NCBI GenBank assembly: GCA_015488275.1
Contig: WFOD01000015.1
Coordinates: forward strand, 1-53,962
Direction of reading: 5' to 3'
Source of the DNA: Deltaproteobacteria bacterium
Lineage (GTDB): Bacteria; Desulfobacterota; Desulfobulbia; Desulfobulbales; S012-135
DNA: 53,962 nucleotides
Shown here: positions 18,705 through 28,975 of the stretch, one piece after another
How positions within the stretch are numbered: position 1 is the stretch's first letter
Layout of the letters: each line of letters starts with the position of its first letter
Position numbers and translations under genes: made by a program
Notes under the pieces: model-generated
What the model was told of the DNA's origin: nothing
The model's input: only the letters and a program-made list of their open reading frames with translations
Database searches by the model: none

Positions 18705-20359
18705 ACAGCCGGCTGACCGTCTGCCGCCTCACAGCGTTTTTCGCCGTGTTCGTCTGCATCGGCGCAGCAATGGCGGGCCAGCAGACCGATAAAACGGCCA
18801 AACGCCTCGCCCTGGCCAAGGCGCGGCTCCACAACCTGCTCGTGGCCCAACCAGCCGATCCCGCTCCCTGGCGCGAGGTGCTGGACGACTTTCTCGCCCT
18901 GGCCTCCAGCCCCCTGGCGGACCGGGCCCTCTTTCTCGCCGGCCGCACCGCCGAATATCAAGCCGAACGCTCGCCCGAGATGCGGGCCAAGGCGGCCCTG
19001 CTCTACCAACGCCTGGCCGACCGCCTGCCCGATAGCCGCCTGGCCGACGACGCCCTCTTCCGCCTGGCCGAACTCACCTTGCGCCACGGCGACCGCCGCG
19101 CCGCCTCCCGGCTGTTCACCAAACTCGTGGTCCTCTTTCCCGACGGCGACATGGCGCCCCATGCCCGGCGGCTCCTCGAGCAACTCCGCCGCACGGCCCA
19201 AACAGAAGACCGCCAGTCTCCCCCCAAACAAAAGGTGGCGGTGACCGATATCCGCCACGGCTCCACCGCCTACTACAGCCGGGTGGTGATCGAAACTGCC
19301 GGGCCGGTCAGATACGCCGGCGACTCCCTGCCACCCGGGGGCGACCGACCGCAGCGCCTCTACCTGGACCTCACGCCCGCCCGCCTGCCGCCGCGGCTGG
19401 CCGGCGCAACGCCGATCGGCGACGGCGTACTGGCCCGGGTGCGCGCCGCCCAACACGACCGCGACACCGTGCGGGTGGTCCTCGATGTGGAACGGCTCTC
19501 CGACTATGCGATCAACACGTTGCACAACCCCGACCGCATCGTCATCGATGTGTGGGGCAAACGGCCGGCGGCGGCCAGCAAGGGCGAACGATGCGCCACC
19601 CCCCCCTCGCTGGCTGAACAGCTCGGCCACACGGGCGCACGGCGGATCATCATCGATCCGGGCCACGGCGGTCGCGATCCAGGGGCGATCAACCGGTACG
19701 GCGTGCAGGAAAAGGATATCACCCTGCGGCTGGCCAAGCGCCTCGCCGCCTATCTCGAACGCCAGCAGGGCTACGAAGTGCACCTGACCCGCACCTGCGA
19801 CACCTACATTCCCCTTGAGGAACGCACAGCCATCGCCAACCGGCTGCGGGGCGACATCTTCGTCTCCCTCCATGTCAACGCCGCAGCCTCCCCCCGGCTC
19901 GCCGGCATAGAGACCTACTACCTGAGCTTGGCGGAGACCGACGACGAAAAACGGGCCGCAGCCGCGGAAAACGCCGCCGCCGAAGGAACGCTCAGCGATA
20001 TCGAGGCCATCCTCCGGGACCTCATGCTCAACTCAAAAATCACCGAATCGGCCCGCCTGGCGACCATTGTGCAACGCCATCTGGTGCACACCCTGGCCGA
20101 GCGCTATCCAGCGGTCCAGGATCTGGGCGTAAAAAAAGCGCCGTTCATCGTCCTGATCGGCGCCAAAATGCCGGCCGTGCTGGCCGAAATCGGTTTTCTC
20201 TCCAATCCGGTGGAGGCCCGCCGCCTCACCGACGACCAATACCTGCAGGCCGTGGCCACGGCCATCGCCCAGGGGGTCACCGCCTACGCCGGCACCACCG
20301 CCGAACAGGTCGGCCTGGCCCCGCCACGCCGCAAGCGGCCCACAGGCGCGGGCGGCTAA
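18701..20359 (+). CDS. N-acetylmuramoyl-L-alanine amidase (AmiC-like) with N-terminal TPR-like region and AMIN domain
   Basis: ATG 18701 overlaps the mutS stop (ATGA). It has a signal peptide (MNSRLTVCRLTAFFAVFVCIGAAMA), TPR-like LADDALFRLAEL repeats, an AMIN-like segment (VTDIRHGSTAYYSRVVIE..RVVLDVE) and an Amidase_3 core (IIIDPGHGGRDPGA, FVSLHVNA). Confidence 0.85.
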   Translation: MNSRLTVCRLTAFFAVFVCIGAAMAGQQTDKTAKRLALAKARLHNLLVAQPADPAPWREVLDDFLALASSPLADRALFLAGRTAEYQAERSPEMRAKAALLYQRLADRLPDSRLADDALFRLAELTLRHGDRRAASRLFTKLVVLFPDGDMAPHARRLLEQLRRTAQTEDRQSPPKQKVAVTDIRHGSTAYYSRVVIETAGPVRYAGDSLPPGGDRPQRLYLDLTPARLPPRLAGATPIGDGVLARVRAAQHDRDTVRVVLDVERLSDYAINTLHNPDRIVIDVWGKRPAAASKGERCATPPSLAEQLGHTGARRIIIDPGHGGRDPGAINRYGVQEKDITLRLAKRLAAYLERQQGYEVHLTRTCDTYIPLEERTAIANRLRGDIFVSLHVNAAASPRLAGIETYYLSLAETDDEKRAAAAENAAAEGTLSDIEAILRDLMLNSKITESARLATIVQRHLVHTLAERYPAVQDLGVKKAPFIVLIGAKMPAVLAEIGFLSNPVEARRLTDDQYLQAVATAIAQGVTAYAGTTAEQVGLAPPRRKRPTGAGG

Positions 20360-20381
20360 CAGCCCGTTTTGCAACGGGCTG
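20360..20381. repeat. 22-nt palindromic hairpin element (family archetype) CAGCCCGTT-TTGC-AACGGGCTG
   Basis: Perfect 9-bp stem with a 4-nt loop. It exactly fills the gap between the convergent stop codons at 20357-20359 and 20382-20384. Confidence 0.9.
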
Positions 20382-21794
20382 CTATGCCTCGCTGCTCTCT
20401 TCCTCCAGCTCCCGGCCGACGCGCAGATCCTCGCCTTCGAGAAAGCGGCGGATGGATTCGGCCGCCTGCTTGGCCTGGTACACCGCCTTGGCCACGGTCT
20501 GCGGCCCCAACACCGCGTCGCCAGCGGCGAACAGCCAAGGGATGGAGGTCTGGAGGGTCACAGGATCGACATCAAAGGTACCCCAGCGGGTGGTGGCCAC
20601 ATCCACGCCGGACACCGCCGTGTGGTCCACCTGCTGGCTGATCGCTGGGATGATGGCGTCGGCCTCGATGCGGAACTCAGAGCCTTCGATGGGCTCCGGC
20701 CGCCGCCGGCCGGAAGCGTCCGGCTCGCCGAGCTGCATCCGGATACACTCCACGGCCTGCAACCGGCCGTTCTCGCCAATAAGCCTGACCGGCGCGGCCA
20801 GCTCCTCGATCCGCACCCCCTCTTCTTCGAGATGATGGATCTCCGCCTGCGAGGCAGGCATCTCCTTCTTGGTGCGACGGTAAAGGATGAAGACATCGGT
20901 GGAGCCGGTGCGAAGCGCGGTGCGGGCCACATCGATGGCCACGTTGCCGCCGCCCACCACCACCACGTTGCGGCCCAGCTCAAGTTTTTCGCCCAGGTTG
21001 ACCCGCCGCAGGTAATCCACGCCGTGCATCACCCCCTCCAGGTCTTCTCCCTCGATTCCCAGCTTGCGGGAAACATGGGCGCCGACCCCAAGGAACACGG
21101 CGTCGTACTCCTGGCGCAGCTCCTCGAGGCTCACGTCACACCCCACGTGCTTGCGCACGATCTCCACGCCGCAGCTCCGCAGGGCGTCGAATTCGGCGTT
21201 GATAATGTTGCGCGGCAACCGATAGGCTGGAATGCCTACGGTGAGCATGCCGCCAAAGACCGGCAGGCTGTCGAAAATCGTGCAGCGGTAGCCCCAGTGG
21301 GCCAGATGGTAGGCCACGGTCATGCCGGCCGGCCCAGAGCCGATCACCGCCACCTTTTTGTCCTTGGGCATGGCGCATGGCGTAAGGATGTTCTTGCCGT
21401 TTTGCACCATCCAGTCCACGAGAAACCGCTCCAACATGCCGATGGCCACGGGCTCGCCCTTCTTGCCTCGGATGCACGCGCCCTCGCACTGGAACTCGTG
21501 TGGGCAGACGCGGGAGCAGACCGCGGGCAGGGAGCTGGTCTCGCGAATAACCCAATATCCCTCTTCAAACTTGCCTTCCCGCAACAAAGCGATGAACCGG
21601 GGAATGTCGTTGTGGATCGGGCAGCCCTTCTCACGGCAGGGGGCGTTTTTGCATTGGAGGCAACGGTTGGCCTCCAGGATGGCCGTCTTCTCGTCGTAGC
21701 CGAACACCACTTCGTCGAAGTTGGTGACCCGGGTGGCGGGATCGAGTTCCCGCGGATGCTGCCTGGGAATGGCCAGGCGTTCCTTCTGCTTCAT
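20382..21794 (-). CDS. NAD(P)H-dependent glutamate synthase small-subunit-like oxidoreductase (GltD/NfnB/SudA family)
   Basis: Cys cluster CLQCKNAPC..GCP, and dinucleotide folds VAVIGSGPAGM and VVVVGGGNVAIDVA. ATG 21794 (MKQKERL) is preceded by AAGGAGGG. Confidence 0.85.
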   Translation of the reverse strand: MKQKERLAIPRQHPRELDPATRVTNFDEVVFGYDEKTAILEANRCLQCKNAPCREKGCPIHNDIPRFIALLREGKFEEGYWVIRETSSLPAVCSRVCPHEFQCEGACIRGKKGEPVAIGMLERFLVDWMVQNGKNILTPCAMPKDKKVAVIGSGPAGMTVAYHLAHWGYRCTIFDSLPVFGGMLTVGIPAYRLPRNIINAEFDALRSCGVEIVRKHVGCDVSLEELRQEYDAVFLGVGAHVSRKLGIEGEDLEGVMHGVDYLRRVNLGEKLELGRNVVVVGGGNVAIDVARTALRTGSTDVFILYRRTKKEMPASQAEIHHLEEEGVRIEELAAPVRLIGENGRLQAVECIRMQLGEPDASGRRRPEPIEGSEFRIEADAIIPAISQQVDHTAVSGVDVATTRWGTFDVDPVTLQTSIPWLFAAGDAVLGPQTVAKAVYQAKQAAESIRRFLEGEDLRVGRELEEESSEA

Positions 21795-21881
21795 CGCTAA
21801 CCCTCCTTGACCTGCTGACGCGCTGACAACCTCCCAGCGCTCCTTGACTTTTCCCCGGCCATCGGGGAGAATAGGTTCCCT

Positions 21882-22352
21882 ATGAAGGTCGAATTCATCA
21901 ATCCCTTCCTCCACGCCGCCAAGAACGTCATCGAGACCATGTGTCAGATGACGGTGACCCCGCAGAAGCCGTCACTCAAGACCGACCGGCTGACCTTTGG
22001 CGAAGTTACCGGCATCATCGCCATGCACTCGAGCAAGATCACCGGGTATATGTTCCTCAGCTTTGAAAAGAAGTGCATCCTGCAGATCGTTGCCAACATG
22101 CTCATGGAGGACCCAAAGCGGGAGATCGACAACGAGATCCTCGACGCAGTGGGGGAGCTGACCAACATGATCTGCGGCGGGGCCAAGGCCCAGCTCTCCA
22201 AGCTCGACACCACCTTTGACATGGCCCAGCCGACCATGGTCGTGGGGCAAGGCAAGGAACTCGACCATTACACCGACGCGCCCACCATTGTCATCCCCTT
22301 TGCCACCGACGCCGGCACCTTTGTGGTCGAAGCCAACCTGGCCATGCTGTGA
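21882..22352 (+). CDS. cheX: CheX-family chemotaxis phosphatase
   Basis: 156 aa with a CheX-like FINPFL..VGELTNMICGGAK pattern. Confidence 0.7.
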   Translation: MKVEFINPFLHAAKNVIETMCQMTVTPQKPSLKTDRLTFGEVTGIIAMHSSKITGYMFLSFEKKCILQIVANMLMEDPKREIDNEILDAVGELTNMICGGAKAQLSKLDTTFDMAQPTMVVGQGKELDHYTDAPTIVIPFATDAGTFVVEANLAML

Positions 22353-22438
22353 CCCCCATCGAGGCCGCCGGCCAGTCTCTTTTCCCCAAGCCGCAGCCAG
22401 ACTTTCGCCCGCCGCGCCTCCGGCCGCCTGCCATAACC

Positions 22439-22472
22439 ATAAAAAAAAGCCGCATAGTGCAGTATGCGGCTT
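22439..22472 (-). terminator. Rho-independent terminator of the atp operon
   Basis: The minus strand reads aagccgcata-ctgcac-tatgcggctt followed by TTTTTTTT, about 20 nt after the atpC stop. Confidence 0.85.
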
Positions 22473-22493
22473 AACACAAGATCACGCCAGAAA

Positions 22494-22913
22494 TCAATGC
22501 TGCTCGCGCTGCGCGGCGCGCAAGCGGGCCAAGGCCCGCTGCAGGGCCGCCTCGGCCCGGGCGCGGTCGATCTTCTCCTGTTGCTGCTGGGCGGCCGCCA
22601 GGCGCTTTTCCGCCCGCTCCTTGGCCAACAGAGCCCGATCGACATCGATCTGGTGACCGAACTCGGCGTTCTCGACCAGAAAAGTGATGGTGTTGTTGGC
22701 CACCTCGCAAAAGCCGCCGCTCACCATCATCGTGTGCTCGTTCCCATCCTTCTTGTAGGTCAGCACCCCGATCTTGATGGTGGAGAGCATGGGGGCGTGA
22801 TTGGCCAGGACACCGAACTCACCGGCCGTGCCTGGCGCGGTGACGATATCGACATCCTCGCTCACCACGGCGCCGCGCGGGGTCACGATTTCCAAACGGA
22901 TTTTTTCGGCCAT
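22494..22913 (-). CDS. atpC: F1 ATP synthase subunit epsilon
   Basis: [41 protein letters not shown], downstream of atpD. Confidence 0.92.
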   Translation of the reverse strand: MAEKIRLEIVTPRGAVVSEDVDIVTAPGTAGEFGVLANHAPMLSTIKIGVLTYKKDGNEHTMMVSGGFCEVANNTITFLVENAEFGHQIDVDRALLAKERAEKRLAAAQQQQEKIDRARAEAALQRALARLRAAQREQH

Positions 22914-23025
22914 CGGTCACCGTCCTCGTCTATCAGGAACGCCGCCCGCCGTCACAACCGGCGGACGGCGGCACTGTGCTTTGCTTGTGATTCTCGTTGG
23001 CTGAAGGAAAGAGCTGCCCGCTGGT

Positions 23026-24513
<1,488 letters not shown>

Positions 24514-24606
24514 TTACTTCGTCGCTTTGGCCGGCCCATGTCCGGCCCCACATCAACGGCGGCGCTGGCCGCGCCTGCCAGAACCGCGCCCCTTGGCGCC
24601 TTCACG

Positions 24607-25479
24607 CTAGCCCTTCAGGGCCTCGGCGCCGCCGACGATATCCATCAGTTCGGCGGTGATGCCGGCCTGCCGCGCCTTGTTGTACAGCAGGGTCAGGTCG
24701 TGGATCATGTCCTTACAGGCGTTGGTGGCGTTGTCCATCGCGGTCATGCGCGCCGCGTGTTCGCTGGCCGAGACCTCAAGCATGGCATGGTAGACCATGA
24801 CGTTGAGGTAGAGGGGCAGGAGCACGTCCATGATCTCCTCTGGCCCCGGCTCGTAAATGAAGTCGCCGCCCGGCCCCGTCTCCTCGCCGTCGCCTTCCTC
24901 CACGCCGGCAATGGGCAACAGGCGCTCCACCGTCGGCTTCTGGGTAACCACCGAGACAAACTGGCCGTAGACCAAGCGGCACTCGTCGATCTCGCCGTCG
25001 AGAAAGGCGCGGGCCGAATCTTGCGCAATCTCCCGGGCGTTGAACATCTGGAAGGTGCCCATGATGTCCTCGTAGGCCTGGCGCAGCTTGCCGGTCTTCT
25101 TGAAGTAACGGGCGCCCTTTTTACCCACGCCCACGAAGCGCACCTTCTTGCCCTCGGCCTCAAGCGCCTTTGCCTCGTTCTCCGCCCGGGCGATGATGTT
25201 GGCGTTGAAGCTGCCGCACAGCCCGCGGTCGGCGGTGATGACGATGATCTCCACCGTCTGCGCCGGCCGCACTTCCATGAGCGGAAAACCGCCGCCCGCC
25301 AGGTGGCCGGCCACCGAGGCCATCGCCTCGTTGAACTTGGCCTTGTACGGCCGGAAGGTCTGCATCCGCTCCTGGGCGCCGCGCAGCTTGGCCGAGGCGA
25401 CCATGTTCATCGCCTTGGTGATCTGCGACGTCTTTTTGACGCCGGATATCTTTCGCTGTACGTCTTTCAGACTGGGCAT
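24607..25479 (-). CDS. atpG: F1 ATP synthase subunit gamma
   Basis: MPSLKDVQRKISGVKKTSQITKAMNMVASAKLR. The RBS is GAGGAGG. Confidence 0.95.
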   Translation of the reverse strand: MPSLKDVQRKISGVKKTSQITKAMNMVASAKLRGAQERMQTFRPYKAKFNEAMASVAGHLAGGGFPLMEVRPAQTVEIIVITADRGLCGSFNANIIARAENEAKALEAEGKKVRFVGVGKKGARYFKKTGKLRQAYEDIMGTFQMFNAREIAQDSARAFLDGEIDECRLVYGQFVSVVTQKPTVERLLPIAGVEEGDGEETGPGGDFIYEPGPEEIMDVLLPLYLNVMVYHAMLEVSASEHAARMTAMDNATNACKDMIHDLTLLYNKARQAGITAELMDIVGGAEALKG

Positions 25480-25499
25480 CGTCGCCGCGCCTCCTCAGC

Positions 25500-27023
25500 C
25501 TAGTTCAGCCCCTTGGCGGCCTTGAAGTTGGCGGTAAACTCGCCGATGACCGTCTTCATCCGGTTGTCCAGGGCATCGTCGATCTCCTGCTTCTCCCGCA
25601 GGTTCTCATAGATGTCGGCCGCATTGCCGGCAATATAGTCGTAGAGCTCCCGCTCGTACTCGGCCAGGCTGTCCACCGGCAACTCGTCGAGGAAGCCCCG
25701 GGTGCCGGCGTACAGGATGCAGACTTGCTTCTCCATCGGCAGTGGCTGGTACTGCGGCTGCTTCAAGATCTCCACCAGCCGCTCGCCACGGGTGAGCTGC
25801 GCCTGGGTCGCCTTGTCGAGGTCCGAGCCAAAGCCGGCAAAGGCGGCCAACTCGCGGTACTGGGCCAGATCGAGGCGGAGAGTGCCGGCCACTTGCTTCA
25901 TGGCCTTGACCTGCGCCGCGCCGCCGACGCGCGATACCGACAACCCCACGTTGATCGCCGGCCGGACGCCGGCAAAGAACAGGTTCGGCTCGAGGTACAC
26001 CTGGCCGTCAGTGATCGAGATCACGTTGGTGGGAATGTAGGCGGACACGTCGCCCGCCTGGGTCTCGATGATCGGCAGGGCGGTGAGGGAACCGGCGCCC
26101 AGGTCGTCGGAAAGCTTGGCGGCCCGCTCAAGCAGACGGGAGTGGTTGAAGAAGATGTCGCCCGGATAGGCCTCGCGTCCCGGCGGACGCCGCAAGAGCA
26201 GGGAAAGCTGCCGGTAGGCCACCGCCTGCTTGGAGAGGTCGTCGTAGATGATGAGCGCGTGCCGGCCGCTGTCCCGGAAGTACTCGCCCATCGCGCAACC
26301 GGCGTAGGCGGCGATATACTGCATGGGCGCCGGGTCAGAGGCGCAGGCGGCGACCACCGTGGTGTACTCGAGCGCCCCGTGCTTGCGCAGGGCCTCGACC
26401 ACCAGGGCCACGGTGGACTTTTTCTGGCCGATGGCCACGTAGATACAGTACACGTCGGTATCCTTCTGGGCCAGGATGGCGTCGATGCCAATGGCCGTTT
26501 TACCGATCTGCCGGTCGCCGATAATCAGCTCACGCTGGCCACGGCCCACCGGCGTCATGGCGTCGATGGCCTTCAGTCCAGTGTAGCAGGGCTCGTGCAC
26601 CGACTTCCGGGCGATAACGCCGGGCGCCAGCACCTCGATCTTGCGGAACTCCTTGGCGTCGATCGGTCCCTGGCCGTCGATGGGGTTGCCCACTGCGTCC
26701 ACCACCCGGCCGAGCATGGCCTCGCCCACCGGCACCTGGGCGATCCGGCCGGTACGCTTGACGATGTCGCCCTCTTTGATGTGCTCCACATCGCCGAGAA
26801 CCGCGACGCCAACGTTGTCTTCCTCGAGGTTCAGGGCCAAGCCGAGGATGCCGCCCGGGAACTCGAGCAGCTCCATCGCCATGCAGTTCTCCACCCCGTG
26901 GACACGGGCAATACCGTCGCCGACCGAGATGACGCTGCCGGTCTCCTTCAGATCGACCGTGGCCTCGTACTCCTTGATCTGCCCCTTGATGATCTGGCTG
27001 ATTTCTTCTGCTTTTATCTGCAT
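25500..27023 (-). CDS. atpA: F1 ATP synthase subunit alpha
   Basis: [10 protein letters not shown]-loop with a full-length alpha-subunit match. Confidence 0.97.
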   Translation of the reverse strand: MQIKAEEISQIIKGQIKEYEATVDLKETGSVISVGDGIARVHGVENCMAMELLEFPGGILGLALNLEEDNVGVAVLGDVEHIKEGDIVKRTGRIAQVPVGEAMLGRVVDAVGNPIDGQGPIDAKEFRKIEVLAPGVIARKSVHEPCYTGLKAIDAMTPVGRGQRELIIGDRQIGKTAIGIDAILAQKDTDVYCIYVAIGQKKSTVALVVEALRKHGALEYTTVVAACASDPAPMQYIAAYAGCAMGEYFRDSGRHALIIYDDLSKQAVAYRQLSLLLRRPPGREAYPGDIFFNHSRLLERAAKLSDDLGAGSLTALPIIETQAGDVSAYIPTNVISITDGQVYLEPNLFFAGVRPAINVGLSVSRVGGAAQVKAMKQVAGTLRLDLAQYRELAAFAGFGSDLDKATQAQLTRGERLVEILKQPQYQPLPMEKQVCILYAGTRGFLDELPVDSLAEYERELYDYIAGNAADIYENLREKQEIDDALDNRMKTVIGEFTANFKAAKGLN

Positions 27024-27028
27024 GGTCG

Positions 27029-27577
27029 CTACTCTCTCCCGGTTATGGATTCTTTCAACTCGTCAAGCTGGGTCCGCAGACTGCCATCCAACACCAAGTC
27101 TCCGACCTGGGCGATGAGACCGCCAAGGATGGAGGGATCGACTTCTGTGGTCACGACCACCGACTTGCCGGTGATCTTTTCGAGGGTCGCCTTGACCTGG
27201 GCCTCCAGTTCGGCATCCATTTCCATGGCCGTAACGATCCGGCCACGGCAGACGTTGCGCTCCTCGTCCACCATCCGCCCATAGGCGGCCGAGATCTCGG
27301 GCAGGAGCGCCACGCGCTTTTTCTGCACCAGCAGGCGCAGGAAGTTACGCATCACCGGCGTAGCGTCGGCCTGGTCGGCCAGATAGTCCATGACCTTTTC
27401 GCGCACCTCAACGGGATAAAGCGGGTTGGTGAGCCCGTCCCGCACCGCCGGTTCGGCCTCGAACACCTCGGCGACCTCGGAAAGGACCGAGCCAAAGGCG
27501 TCCACCGCGTCCTCTTCCTGGCCCACCAAGAAAAGGGCCCGGGCGTACCGCTTTGCGAGCACCGTATTTTTCTTCAT
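27029..27577 (-). CDS. atpH: F1 ATP synthase subunit delta (OSCP)
   Basis: OSCP-like 182 aa (AKRYARALF..), positioned between atpF and atpA. Confidence 0.9.
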   Translation of the reverse strand: MKKNTVLAKRYARALFLVGQEEDAVDAFGSVLSEVAEVFEAEPAVRDGLTNPLYPVEVREKVMDYLADQADATPVMRNFLRLLVQKKRVALLPEISAAYGRMVDEERNVCRGRIVTAMEMDAELEAQVKATLEKITGKSVVVTTEVDPSILGGLIAQVGDLVLDGSLRTQLDELKESITGRE

Positions 27578-28179
27578 CAGTTCGCGTCTCCCACCTTACC
27601 AAGATATTCCTTGATCAGGCGAACCTGATCCTCGGCCTGCAGGTTCTTGCGCACCAGCTCTTCCGCCGCCTTGGCCGCCGCCTCGGCCACCTCGGCCAGA
27701 AGCTGCCGCTTGGCCTCGGCCAGTTCGTGCTGCACCGCCATTTCCGCCTGGCGCTTGATGTCGCTGGCCGCCCGTTCGGCCTCGGCGATGATCCGCTCCT
27801 TCTCCGCCTCGCCCTGAGCCACGGCCGCATCGAGTATGTGCTGTACCTCAGCCTCGATCCCAGCCAGCTTGCCCTCGTATTCGCGGTACTTGGTCTCCGC
27901 CTCCTGCCGACGCGCCTCGAGCTCCTCGAACTGCTCGATGATCGCCTGCCGCCGCCGGGCCAGGCCGTTGGCAATGGGCTTTCTCAACGTCGCCATGAGA
28001 ATGGCGACCAAGGCGGCGAAGTTCATCGTCCGCCAGACAAGATCCATCCATTTCTCATAGGAGGGCATCCATCCGCCGCCTCCGCCGCCATGCCCCTCCG
28101 TCGCCCAGGCCGCCACCGCGACCAGGAGAACGAGGCCAGCGACGAGAACGGCGCGCATCACCTTGCTGCTCCGCCTCAT
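27577..28179 (-). CDS. atpF: F0 ATP synthase subunit b, with N-terminal signal-like extension and Gly6 tract
   Basis: A TM segment plus a long charged helix (RRQAIIEQFEELEARRQEAE..). The ATGA overlap with the upstream b' gene supports the long start. Confidence 0.85.
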   Translation of the reverse strand: MRRSSKVMRAVLVAGLVLLVAVAAWATEGHGGGGGGWMPSYEKWMDLVWRTMNFAALVAILMATLRKPIANGLARRRQAIIEQFEELEARRQEAETKYREYEGKLAGIEAEVQHILDAAVAQGEAEKERIIAEAERAASDIKRQAEMAVQHELAEAKRQLLAEVAEAAAKAAEELVRKNLQAEDQVRLIKEYLGKVGDAN

Positions 28180-28604
28180 GCCAGAGACCTCCCAAGAATC
28201 TTTTCCGCCATCGAGGTGGCAAAGGTATCGACCGCCGCCCGCAGCTCGCTGCGAGCCGCCTCCATTTCCTTTTTGATCGCCGCCAACTGCTCGCTCTTGG
28301 CCGCATCCACCTCGGCCCGCACAGAGGCCAGCTTGGCGTTCATCGCCTCCTGCGCCTCCCCGCGCACGCCGTCCAGCCGTTCCTTGGCCTGCCGACGGGC
28401 CTCGTTCAACTTGGCGTCGAACTCTTGCAACCGCAACTCGGCGTTCTTGTTAAAGGTGGCGATCTCTTTTTCCAGTTCGGCCAGCCGGCGGTCTCGCTCG
28501 TCGAGAACCGTGCGGATCGGCCGGTAGAGGATCGCGTTGAGCACAACCATGAGGATCAGCATGTTGATGATCTGGATGACCATCGTGATATCAATGGTGA
28601 TCAT
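28176..28604 (-). CDS. atpF: F0 ATP synthase subunit b'
   Basis: An N-terminal TM segment (MVIQIINMLILMVVLNAILYRPI) followed by a coiled coil. The RBS is GGAGGAGG. Confidence 0.85.
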   Translation of the reverse strand: MITIDITMVIQIINMLILMVVLNAILYRPIRTVLDERDRRLAELEKEIATFNKNAELRLQEFDAKLNEARRQAKERLDGVRGEAQEAMNAKLASVRAEVDAAKSEQLAAIKKEMEAARSELRAAVDTFATSMAEKILGRSLA

Positions 28605-28975
28605 GGAATCCGCCTCCTCCGTGATCGTCGAAAAAAATACCCTGCGCCGCCGTCCGCCGCGTCCCTCGTCAACACGTGGGCCGGGCGCACAGAAGTGCTG
28701 GCCGCCGCTCGCCTCTTTCGACTGAATGGCGCCTCAGTAAGCCAAATGGGAAGGTTCTTACTCCATTCCCAGGGGTCTGTCAACCCTTTTGTCCAACATC
28801 GCGACCATAGCGCCTTTCCCGCCCTTGGAAGGGCGGGCGCGATCTAGGCAGTTCTACCTATCTCCGGCGCTGTCAGCCGCTCGCCGGCCCTGACCAGCGG
28901 CAGCGGTTAAAATGAGCCGCTATTCACCATCGTGACCAACACCGCCCTCCCGCGGCAGCAGCAGCCAACAGGCCA

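Noticed and set aside
22914-23025. GC-rich hairpin (gccgcccgccg..cggcggacggcggc) in the 112-nt atpD-atpC spacer as an internal terminator
   Set aside because: It has no U-tract and lies inside a conserved operon. It is more likely an mRNA structural or processing element, and the evidence is too weak to call.
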